Shown piece by piece: positions 8,059-16,032 of a stretch of 32,000 bases of DNA (its first letter is position 1; each line of letters opens with the position of its first letter). The translations under genes were made by a program, and so were the position numbers. Location of the stretch: positions 113,703-145,702 of the forward strand of contig JAWAHN010000003.1 of NCBI GenBank assembly GCA_038889235.1, in the 5' to 3' direction. Below the pieces are notes generated by a model. It was not told where the DNA came from. It made no database searches and saw nothing but the letters and a program-made list of their open reading frames with translations. This stretch comes from Candidatus Jordarchaeales archaeon. Lineage in GTDB: Archaea > Asgardarchaeota > Jordiarchaeia > Jordiarchaeales > Freyrarchaeaceae.

Positions 8059-9744
8059 TCATTTTTTCGCGAGGTCTCTTGTGAGCTCACTCGCCGCTAT
8101 GTAGCCGAAGCATATCCCTGCGCCTATAGTTATGCCGCTGCTCGGGTATCCTCCGCCCGAAACAGCAGCTGTGACGTTGCCAGCCGCGTAGAGCCCTGGT
8201 ATAGGCTTGTCGTTGTAGTCGAGAACTTGCGCCTTCTCGTTTATCTTCAAGCCGCCACACGTGCCAAGGCACCCGGGGTACACTTCAATGGCGTAGAATG
8301 GTGGCTTCTCTAGTGGTCCGAGAGTCGGGTTAGGCTTCCAGTTGGGGTCACCGTAGAACCTGTCGAAGTGGCTCTCCCCGCGGTGGAATTCCGGGTCGAC
8401 GCCCTCCTTGGCGTACTTGTTGAACCTTTCAACGGTCTCTTCAAGCCCGTCGGGGTCTATTCCCGCTTTCTTCGCGAGGTCTCTGATCGTGTCAGCCCAC
8501 TTGAAGGGTGGATCAGTCGGCTTAGCCCCTGGGTAGAGGGTGAATACGGTGTAGCTTTGGTGGACGCGCTCGTCGAAAATCATCCACGCTGGAATGTTTG
8601 TGTACTCGTGCTTATTCGGATCCCAGGTGTGCATAGCCCTTGTGAAGTCAAAGTAGTTTGCGGCCTCGTTAGCGAAGCGCTTGCCGTACTTGTTGACTAT
8701 TATCACTCCGGGCAAAGCCTTCTCGAAGAACACTCCCCTGTAGTAGGGTTTCCCGTCGTAAGTGTCGCCCGTGTAGACCGTCGGGAACCACCACGCCTCA
8801 CTCATAAGGTCAACTTGCGCTCCTACCTCCATCGCCATGCGGTGTCCGTCCCCGGTGTTGTGGGGCGGAGACATGGGCCCCCTCATAGGCCCCCTTAGGA
8901 AGGCTGAGGGCATTTTTTCATGCCACTCGAAGCCACCCGTCGCTAGGACCACTCCTTTCCTAGCACGGATCCTGAGCTCTTTTCCCTCGTGCTCCGCTAT
9001 CACGCCGACAACTCTTCCGTTCTCGACGACAAGCTTCTTGGCTGGAGTTTTGTACTTGATCTCTATACCTCTCTCGTAGCAGGAGTACAGCAGGCGGGCT
9101 ATGAGCGCCGTCCCCCACCCGTAGACCCTTTCTTTAAGTCTCTCGTTTATTAGGTTGAAATCCCACTTGCCGCTCATCATCGTTGCTAGCCCGCCCCACT
9201 CAACGAGCTCTTCGAGCAGTATCGGTAGACTGACGGGGGAAAGCCTTACCCGCTCGGCAACCTCTTTCGGTAGAGAGTTGAAGCTTATAAGTTGTGCCTC
9301 CATCACCCTTCCACCCTTCACTCCTCCCTCCCACTCGGGGAAGTAGTCTGGCATCAGTTTGACATGTGACCACTTGACGTGCGTGTTCTTCTCCAGGTAG
9401 TCGCAAGCCTCGTTTACCGTCCTAAGGTACGTTCTTATCAGCTCGTCGCTCGATCTTCCAGCAGCTATCGCCTTCATGTATTTGAAGGCCTTTTCTTCGG
9501 AGTCGGGAGCCTTAACCCACTCCTTTTTAACGGGATCCCAGAACTCCGGCTGGAACCCCTCCCTGATGAACCTGTTATTCGGCACCCAGACGGCTCCCCC
9601 GGAGACAGCGCTTGCTCCACCAGCCTTATCCGTTTTCTCGAGAACGACGACCTTGGCGCCCCTATCGTGGGCGACTATGGCTGCAGTCAGGGCGCCCGCG
9701 CCGCTGCCGACTACCACAACATCTACTTCAAGATCCCACGGCAA
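8059..9744 (-). CDS. FAD-dependent oxidoreductase, 3-ketosteroid delta-1-dehydrogenase (KstD)-like / FAD_binding_2 family
   Basis: DVVVVGSGAGA, GGASAVSGGAVWVPNN, PDYFPE, VVLATGGFE, NTGDG, G-x-IIVN-x-x-G-x-RFANE, LGTCGGL and IPGLYAAGN..YPSSGITIG motifs. TTG at 9744 is preferred (GGGAGGGG SD); the ORF track extends to 9852, into the promoter region. Confidence 0.8.
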   Translation of the reverse strand: MPWDLEVDVVVVGSGAGALTAAIVAHDRGAKVVVLEKTDKAGGASAVSGGAVWVPNNRFIREGFQPEFWDPVKKEWVKAPDSEEKAFKYMKAIAAGRSSDELIRTYLRTVNEACDYLEKNTHVKWSHVKLMPDYFPEWEGGVKGGRVMEAQLISFNSLPKEVAERVRLSPVSLPILLEELVEWGGLATMMSGKWDFNLINERLKERVYGWGTALIARLLYSCYERGIEIKYKTPAKKLVVENGRVVGVIAEHEGKELRIRARKGVVLATGGFEWHEKMPSAFLRGPMRGPMSPPHNTGDGHRMAMEVGAQVDLMSEAWWFPTVYTGDTYDGKPYYRGVFFEKALPGVIIVNKYGKRFANEAANYFDFTRAMHTWDPNKHEYTNIPAWMIFDERVHQSYTVFTLYPGAKPTDPPFKWADTIRDLAKKAGIDPDGLEETVERFNKYAKEGVDPEFHRGESHFDRFYGDPNWKPNPTLGPLEKPPFYAIEVYPGCLGTCGGLKINEKAQVLDYNDKPIPGLYAAGNVTAAVSGGGYPSSGITIGAGICFGYIAASELTRDLAKK

Positions 9745-9789
9745 CAAACAACCCCTCCCATCCAACTGTAGAAACTGAAAGTTTCTCTC

Positions 9790-9843
9790 TAAAAAAAGTT
9801 TTCCGAGAAAGGATTTTTCAAAAAATGGGAAACGCATATATGC
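9790..9843. promoter_or_regulatory. Divergent promoter region of the KstD-like operon and mtmB-like gene, with palindromes
   Basis: AT-rich gap containing ATTTTT-CA-AAAAAT (9813-9826) and the perfect palindrome GCATATATGC (9834-9843, TATA-like). Confidence 0.45.
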
Positions 9844-9881
9844 TTGGAGCACCTCATTAGAGAGATTCCGGGGGGTTTAGT

Positions 9882-11237
9882 GTGTCTTTGTTATGGGAAG
9901 TTTTGGAGAGGTCTCAAACTGGTCCTCTCATGAAGGAGGAAGAGTTTGAAACTGAGTTTTTCCCGTCAAAGATAAGGGAGATTGTGAAGGAGCACGGGAT
10001 TAAGTATGACCCGGAAGAAGTCGTTATGACTGATGCGAACATGGCTGACGAGATCTTCGAGGCGGGACTTGAGCTACTACTGGAGGTTGGACTATACAAC
10101 AAGGACACGAAGAGGATAGTGAAGTTCACGGAGGAGGAGATCAAGGAGGTTCTCGCTACGAGGAAGAGGGAGCTCGTTCTCGGGGAGGGGAGAGACCAAA
10201 TAGTCCTGAGGCCTAGGAAGCCGGAGGACAGGGAGCCTCCTAAGACTTTCCTGCCCGCCGGCATACTGACCAGTAACATCGAGCTGTACAAGGCCTATGT
10301 GCTCTCAGCGGCAAAGGAGCCTGTTGCAGATGGACTCATAGCCCTCCCCCTCCAGGGGATAGGTGAACTGAAACCTGTGAGCGGGACTCCCAGCGAAACC
10401 CTCCTCGGACTGACTGAAGGCTTCATCCTCAGAGAAGCAGCTGTGCGCGTAGGTAGGCCTGGAATGTTCCTAGGGATCCCCATGAGCGTGTCGAGCGCAA
10501 AGGCTGTGATGGGCTCTTTCCACCCTGCAGGTTACACGAGGTACAACTGTATGTGCCCGGTTCACATAATACAAGACATGAGGATTGACTATGACAGGCT
10601 TAACTTGGCTTTTTTCGCCCAGCAGAACGGGATAAACCCGTGGATCAGCAGCTGCCCCACGATGTACGCCTATATAGGTGGACCGGAAGAGGCGGCGGTT
10701 GAAGGGATAGCTCACGTCCTCGGAATGATGGCCTATTCCGGTGGCTCCTTTGCTCAAGCCATGAGCGCGACTATTCAGGGGAGGTACGAGGGGAGAGATG
10801 TTTTCTGGGCTAACTCGGCTCAAGCACTCGCCGCTGAGAGGAACATTAGGGTTCCATGGATAAGTTTCGGCGGTGGTGTTACGGGGCAGCAGGCGACCGA
10901 AGTGTCCTTCTATTCAATCGCCGCCACAGTTATAACGAACACTATTTCAGGCATGGAGGGGATGTGGCTTACGGGGGGTGTGCCGGGGATTGAGGGAAGG
11001 TGGGGTGGAGAAGTGGCGAGGGCTGCGGCTGGCATAAAAGTAAGTGACGGAGTAGAGATAGTGAAAGAGCTGCTTAAGAGGTACGAGGACAAGGCGAAAG
11101 TCGGGTTGCCGAGCGAGACGCTAATACTAGAAAAGTACGACATGAAAACTCTTACACCGAAGAAGGAGTACGTCGAACTCTACTCGAGGATGAAGAAGGA
11201 ATTACAGGACATGGGCCTAGAGTATGAAGCGTGGTGA
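9882..11237 (+). CDS. mtmB: MtmB-family (monomethylamine methyltransferase-like) corrinoid methyltransferase, pyrrolysine-free
   Basis: N-terminal R-x-x-TGP, GIKYDPE, D-x-x-AD-x-IF-x-AG-x-ELL, RIVKFTEEEI, VLGEGRD, GRPGM and YIGGPE match MtmB. The ORF is uninterrupted (451 aa), and Gly (GGG, 10473-10475) sits at the Pyl-equivalent position. Confidence 0.85.
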   Translation: MSLLWEVLERSQTGPLMKEEEFETEFFPSKIREIVKEHGIKYDPEEVVMTDANMADEIFEAGLELLLEVGLYNKDTKRIVKFTEEEIKEVLATRKRELVLGEGRDQIVLRPRKPEDREPPKTFLPAGILTSNIELYKAYVLSAAKEPVADGLIALPLQGIGELKPVSGTPSETLLGLTEGFILREAAVRVGRPGMFLGIPMSVSSAKAVMGSFHPAGYTRYNCMCPVHIIQDMRIDYDRLNLAFFAQQNGINPWISSCPTMYAYIGGPEEAAVEGIAHVLGMMAYSGGSFAQAMSATIQGRYEGRDVFWANSAQALAAERNIRVPWISFGGGVTGQQATEVSFYSIAATVITNTISGMEGMWLTGGVPGIEGRWGGEVARAAAGIKVSDGVEIVKELLKRYEDKAKVGLPSETLILEKYDMKTLTPKKEYVELYSRMKKELQDMGLEYEAW

Positions 11238-11287
11238 ACTTAAGTAGACAAGTCCATTTCCCCCTTTTTTCTCCCACCTCACCAGCT

Positions 11288-12328
11288 TTAGAGTATTCTG
11301 CGAAGCTCGCGTCTAACGAATGCCTCCCTCTTTTCGTCGTCTAATTTGTTCGTTAATTGTGAAAGACTCTTTACGAGGAGTGTTATGCCATCCACATCGT
11401 CCACGTACCTTTCCAGGGGGTTGTCTTCATGCTCTAGGGCGCGCGCAGCAGCCGTGCCTGTCTCTACGGCGAACCTAATGCCCTCCCCAGAAAACGGGTT
11501 GCAGAAGCCCCCCGCGTCGCCTACGAGGAGCACGTTCCCCTGCCCGTGTAAGACCGTCCCCTGCGGTATAAACCAGTGCTCCCTCCTCAACAATCTACGC
11601 AGCTTAAACCCTAGTCCCTCTAAAACCTCTTTGACCTTCCCGATGCTGGATTTAGCTTCTCTAAGCGTCGACGCCCCAGACCCCACTATGAAAAAGTCTC
11701 CTTTAGGTATCAGGTAACCGTAAAGGGGGGTAATGTTTCTCCCCAGGAGGAGCATGTAGAAGCACTCTTCGAGCTCACCGTCACCCTTCCAGTGCTCTTG
11801 GACAACGGATGCTGTTTTGAAATGAGCCCCGGGGAACAAGGTCCGCCTAGCCTTCGAAAAAACCCCGTCCGCCCCAACCAGGAATCTCGCCTCAATTCTT
11901 TCCACCCGCCCCCCAAGTTTAACCGCGACAGTCACTTCGCCCCCGTGCTGCTTAATGTCCACGAGGCGGGCGCCGTAGAGCAGCTCGACCCCCCTACTCT
12001 CTGCCTCTCTCCTAAGCCATTTGTCGAACGCGTGTCTTTCAATGTTCACAAGCCTGTAACTTTTCACGCGCCCCCTGTAGCCGCTCGGGGAAACATAGAA
12101 TAAGCCTAGCTTGCCGGGCGTGCTTAGAACGCTCTTAGGCAGACTTAGGCCTAGTTCGTGTGCGAGGACGTCTACGCACACCTCGGTTAGCACTCCCCCG
12201 CACGGCTTACACGCCTGAACACTGCCTTTCTCCACTAGCAGGGTGTTGTAGCCTTCCTCAGCCGACTTTATTGCTGCACTCGCCCCCGCTGGGCCAGCTC
12301 CGGCTACTATTAAGTCGTATTTTTTCAA
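11288..12328 (-). CDS. Geranylgeranyl reductase-like NAD(P)/FAD oxidoreductase (LipT-like by context)
   Basis: YDLIVAGAGPAG, KPCGG, R-x-x-FD-x-WL, VGADG and LLVGDAGG..PFSGEGI motifs. TTG start overlaps the ligase stop (TTGA). Last gene of the lipoate assembly operon. Confidence 0.8.
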   Translation of the reverse strand: MKKYDLIVAGAGPAGASAAIKSAEEGYNTLLVEKGSVQACKPCGGVLTEVCVDVLAHELGLSLPKSVLSTPGKLGLFYVSPSGYRGRVKSYRLVNIERHAFDKWLRREAESRGVELLYGARLVDIKQHGGEVTVAVKLGGRVERIEARFLVGADGVFSKARRTLFPGAHFKTASVVQEHWKGDGELEECFYMLLLGRNITPLYGYLIPKGDFFIVGSGASTLREAKSSIGKVKEVLEGLGFKLRRLLRREHWFIPQGTVLHGQGNVLLVGDAGGFCNPFSGEGIRFAVETGTAAARALEHEDNPLERYVDDVDGITLLVKSLSQLTNKLDDEKREAFVRRELRRIL

Positions 12329-13911
12329 CGCTGCTTCTCTCCCTTAAACTTGCAAATACTGCCTATTATCTTGGACAGCGTGTCCAGCTTGAGCCTGGTT
12401 TGAGCCTCAAAGTTCCCCTTGTATGCTTCCTCGCTTTTCCCCAGCTCGTAGCAGGTTTTGTCGTCTATCGTGATTATGAGTCCTGGAACGCCCACTGCTT
12501 CCAGCTCGTCCCTATGTTTCTGGTAGAACGCCTCACAGCAGCACCCTACGAAGCCCCTCGCCCCCTTCTTCTTCATGAAATTAAGGACTTCCATGAGGTG
12601 CTCGAAGTTCTGTATGGTGATCGGGGTTAGCCCGGCTTCCTCAGCCATTCTGTAGGCTTCTCCAACGCTGCAGACGCCGCACTTCTCGCATCCCTCAACT
12701 CTCCTGTAACTGCACTCCACGTGTTTTGCGCAGTAGGGGAGTAGCAGGTAGTCGCATTCTCCTAGTGGCATCATCCAGGCTTTACTTGTTACGGGGAGCA
12801 CGTAGTTTAACTCGTCCCCTCTCAACCCATACTTCTCGTAGTGCAACTTCCCGGCGGCCTCAATTATTAGGTCGGCGACGTCGTCTGGGGAAATGCCGGG
12901 AATACACTCACCCCTCAACTTGAAGAACTCTTTAACCCTTCTGCGTATCTCCTCCTCATCGCATGGTGAAAACTTCAGGGCTGCTTCGAGGTCATATACC
13001 ACTCTGGGTGGGAAGGCGAAGAAGTCTCCTGTTATAAGTACGTGTTTTATGAGGTTTGCCTCTCTATCGACTGTCAGCGCCACTCTTATCAGCCCACCAG
13101 GCTTCTTCGCTATGGAGTAGAGGACCGCCGGTTCATCGGACGACCTCCTGTCCAGGAATACCCAGTCATCGGACTGGAAGTACGGCAGCCTCTCACGTAG
13201 CATTTTCTCCTCCTCTTCGAGGAGGCCTGACTCCTCGAGCTCCACTCCCATCGCTTCCTCGAAGCCGCTTATCAAGCACTCTTTGATCTCCTCGTAGGAT
13301 GGCTTATAGCCGAGCTCCCACGACAAGCAGGTGACCCTCTCCCTCACCGACTGTATCTCCTTGTCCTTAAGCTTGACGACAGGTATTCTTAACGCTTTGA
13401 TCATCGTTTCAACGTCGAAGTCGACGAGCAACGTCCCCTGGAACAGTATCGCCCCACCCCTCTCCGTTCCTCCTGTCCCCGAGATCTTCCTGCCCTCAAC
13501 CTCTATGTCGTTCTTCGGGCGGAATGAGGCCCTAACCCCTAGCTTCTCCAGAGCCTTAATGGCGCCGGCGCACATTATTCTGAAAAGGGACTCGATGCTT
13601 CCATATGGCGGGATATCACTCTTCGAAGCAATTACTTCCCAGCCGACGGACTCCTCGTCGAAGTATATCGCGCCGCCACCAGTGATCCTCCTGTTCACAT
13701 GTATTCCTTTCTCCTTAACGTAGTCCATCCTCACCTCCTGCGTGACATCCTGGTGGTAGCCTACAAGTACGGCTGGGGGCTTGAACCTCAAGAGGCGGAA
13801 GGTGTTCGGGCTAACACCCCTCGCCTTACACTCAAGTAGGACGTCGTCAAGCGCCATGTTCTCCGCGGCTGTTCTGAGCCCGGTATCCAGGAGACGCCAG
13901 ACAGCCCTCAA
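12325..13911 (-). CDS. Lipoate-protein ligase (LplA/LipM catalytic + C-terminal domain) fused to a Cys-rich DUF116-like domain
   Basis: WRLLDTG, NMALD, RRITGGGAIYFD, NDIEVEGRKISGTG, FQGTLL, K-x-PGGLI and ITGDFF motifs, then C-terminal LPYC, C-x-x-C-x-x-C, GCCCE and TCY. TTG at 13911 overlaps the upstream stop (TTGA); the ORF track extends to 13941. Confidence 0.88.
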   Translation of the reverse strand: MRAVWRLLDTGLRTAAENMALDDVLLECKARGVSPNTFRLLRFKPPAVLVGYHQDVTQEVRMDYVKEKGIHVNRRITGGGAIYFDEESVGWEVIASKSDIPPYGSIESLFRIMCAGAIKALEKLGVRASFRPKNDIEVEGRKISGTGGTERGGAILFQGTLLVDFDVETMIKALRIPVVKLKDKEIQSVRERVTCLSWELGYKPSYEEIKECLISGFEEAMGVELEESGLLEEEEKMLRERLPYFQSDDWVFLDRRSSDEPAVLYSIAKKPGGLIRVALTVDREANLIKHVLITGDFFAFPPRVVYDLEAALKFSPCDEEEIRRRVKEFFKLRGECIPGISPDDVADLIIEAAGKLHYEKYGLRGDELNYVLPVTSKAWMMPLGECDYLLLPYCAKHVECSYRRVEGCEKCGVCSVGEAYRMAEEAGLTPITIQNFEHLMEVLNFMKKKGARGFVGCCCEAFYQKHRDELEAVGVPGLIITIDDKTCYELGKSEEAYKGNFEAQTRLKLDTLSKIIGSICKFKGEKQR

Positions 13912-14918
13912 TTTTTCACTCTCCAAGCGAGTGAGCAACATTCATCGTGAAACACAACCGACAAACCCCTCTTGACCGACAAGCGGTAGGCTGCCTCCGA
14001 CGGGTAGGCTATCCCGTTTACCCCGGCTTTCACTCCTAGCACGTCTAAGGCCCCCCCATACCTCCCCCTAGGCCTAGCACATCCTAGGAGCAGCGGGGTT
14101 TTAGGCTTCGCCATCCTAGCGGCGACGACAACCCTCAACACGTCTCTTAAGGGGGGCGGTGGCGTCTTTTCCATCGGAGTGGCCTCGAGGGGCATCAATA
14201 CGACTATGACGAGCGACGCTATCTTTCTCTCGCAGACGGCTTTCAGCGCTTCTCTCTCCCCCCTCAGCCTGCCCCCCTGTAGTCCGACCACCACGTGGGG
14301 AGCTAGCGGGACGCCGTGTTGCTCCAGTAGTTCAAGCGAGTGAACGTAGTCCTCCACGCTCCGGTTCAAATGGAGCACCCCCCTTATGGTTTCATTTGAG
14401 CCGACGACGTCTATCATGGCGCAGTCCACGCCTGCTGAGGCGAGCCCTTCAGCGGTCTCCTCGTCGACCAGTCCCGTGTGAACGACGACGCTCAACCCCA
14501 ACTCCTCCTTGATTCTCCTCATCACTTTGAAAAAGGGTTTCAGTGGAACACTGCCGTCGGCAAGACTTCCACCGCTGACGAGGATACCCGTCCCTCCCTC
14601 CTCCCTCACTTTCAGGGCGACCTCGTAAAGCTTCTCCGGGCTCCCCGCCGGCAACATCCTCCTCAGTAGTCTGCCCCTGCAGTGGTCACAGTTCAGCTGG
14701 CACACCTTTCCCGTCACGGATACAGCGGGGAAGCGGTATGGGTTCATCGCCCTATAGAAACTCGCCTCGAAGTGGACCATTCCCGGGAAGTAGAAGTGGA
14801 TGACGTCTGGGAAGTTTTCAGACCTAACCTTGTAGGCTGACCTCAGTAGGTGCGTCAGCTCTTCGGGGCTGCACTCGAAAGGTCGGTCGACGGCCTGGCT
14901 GCAACGCGGGCTACTCAT
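13908..14918 (-). CDS. lipS1: Radical SAM protein, LipS1-type archaeal lipoyl synthase component
   Basis: CQLNCDHC radical SAM motif plus GCAR and C-terminal CC motifs, which I recall as LipS1 signatures. Clustered with lipoate ligase and a second radical SAM gene. The LipS1/LipS2 labelling relies on recalled motifs. Confidence 0.75.
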   Translation of the reverse strand: MSSPRCSQAVDRPFECSPEELTHLLRSAYKVRSENFPDVIHFYFPGMVHFEASFYRAMNPYRFPAVSVTGKVCQLNCDHCRGRLLRRMLPAGSPEKLYEVALKVREEGGTGILVSGGSLADGSVPLKPFFKVMRRIKEELGLSVVVHTGLVDEETAEGLASAGVDCAMIDVVGSNETIRGVLHLNRSVEDYVHSLELLEQHGVPLAPHVVVGLQGGRLRGEREALKAVCERKIASLVIVVLMPLEATPMEKTPPPPLRDVLRVVVAARMAKPKTPLLLGCARPRGRYGGALDVLGVKAGVNGIAYPSEAAYRLSVKRGLSVVFHDECCSLAWRVKN

Positions 14919-16032
14919 CTATCGCCGCCACCTCTCGCACCCACACTTTGACGGGTGTGTCCGAGTAGTCTCTCAGCTGCAGCTTAATTATTTCCACGTC
15001 CTCCCTTCCCGGTTTGAATGGGTAGTTTCTCATCTCTCCTATGTAAGCTTGGTACGGTGTAAAGTCTGAGAAAGGCCTGTTGCACGCGTTCTCCCTGTTC
15101 TTGCTCGAGCAGCCCGAAGTCATGAAGGGTAGCCCGCTCTCGACGACCTTTTCGTAGACACTGTCGGTGACTCCGAAACCTGTGATTCGCCCCCTTTCGT
15201 CGAACTCCATGTCCTCAAACCTAGAGATACCCTTGTTTATGAGGTACCTTGCAAGTTGAACCCTCCTGTAGCTGCCTATGGGAGGCTGAGGCATTGACTC
15301 TAGAAGGGAGCCTGCTTCCGGGAAGAAGGAGAAGAGGTGTGTTAGCGCGCCCATGTCATAGGCGGCCTGAATCGTCTGAACCGCCTCCCTCTCCGTCTCC
15401 CCTAACCCAACTATCAAGTGGATTCCAACGTTAAATGCGCCGAAAACGTCCACCGACTCCTCTACAGTTTTCCAGTATTTCTCCCACTTGTGCGGTCCCT
15501 TGACGCCGCGCCCCCTAAGCTTCTCGAACAGCTCGGGTGTAGCCGCGTCCACGGCAACGCCTACCTTGTCGACCCCTGCGCTTTTAGCACTCCACAGCCA
15601 ATCCCTGTCCACTATGGTCGGCGAAATTAGGGCTGAGATCTCGTCAATCACCTCTCTAACGGCTTCTACGACTTTCAGCGTGTCCTCCCTAGCCCTCCTG
15701 TGTGTAATCATGGAGACGCAGGCGCGCTCAACGTGCGGACAAGCTCCCTCAGCGACCCTTCTCACAACATCCGCGAGGGGGACCACCGGCCAATCAACAC
15801 GTATAAAGCTGCGCGCACTCCAAGACCAGCCGGAGCTCCTGGACCTTGAAAGTCCGCAGTAGGCACACCTACCGACGCAGCCATCGTTATATGTCAGGAG
15901 CAGGTTCAAGCAGTAGAGCTTCGTCTCCCTAAAAAACCTTCCGCGGCATAGACCCAGTGTGATAGCTGCCGCCAAGCTGACCCTCACGTATTCAGGCGAC
16001 TCGCCAAACAACACTTCGCCGGCTTCACTCAA
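14911..16032 (-). CDS. lipS2: Radical SAM protein, LipS2-type archaeal lipoyl synthase component
   Basis: CVGRCAYC motif and C-terminal TSGC-x8-CNRP (TxGC..CNRP type). TTG start with GGTGA SD. Its stop overlaps the lipS1 ATG by 8 nt. Confidence 0.75.
   Translation of the reverse strand: MSEAGEVLFGESPEYVRVSLAAAITLGLCRGRFFRETKLYCLNLLLTYNDGCVGRCAYCGLSRSRSSGWSWSARSFIRVDWPVVPLADVVRRVAEGACPHVERACVSMITHRRAREDTLKVVEAVREVIDEISALISPTIVDRDWLWSAKSAGVDKVGVAVDAATPELFEKLRGRGVKGPHKWEKYWKTVEESVDVFGAFNVGIHLIVGLGETEREAVQTIQAAYDMGALTHLFSFFPEAGSLLESMPQPPIGSYRRVQLARYLINKGISRFEDMEFDERGRITGFGVTDSVYEKVVESGLPFMTSGCSSKNRENACNRPFSDFTPYQAYIGEMRNYPFKPGREDVEIIKLQLRDYSDTPVKVWVREVAAIDE

Noticed and set aside
10471-10473. 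TAG triplet next to the expected pyrrolysine position of the mtmB-like gene
   Set aside because: It is out of frame (TTC CTA GGG ATC). The ORF is continuous, so no amber readthrough is needed, and no pyl genes are in the window.
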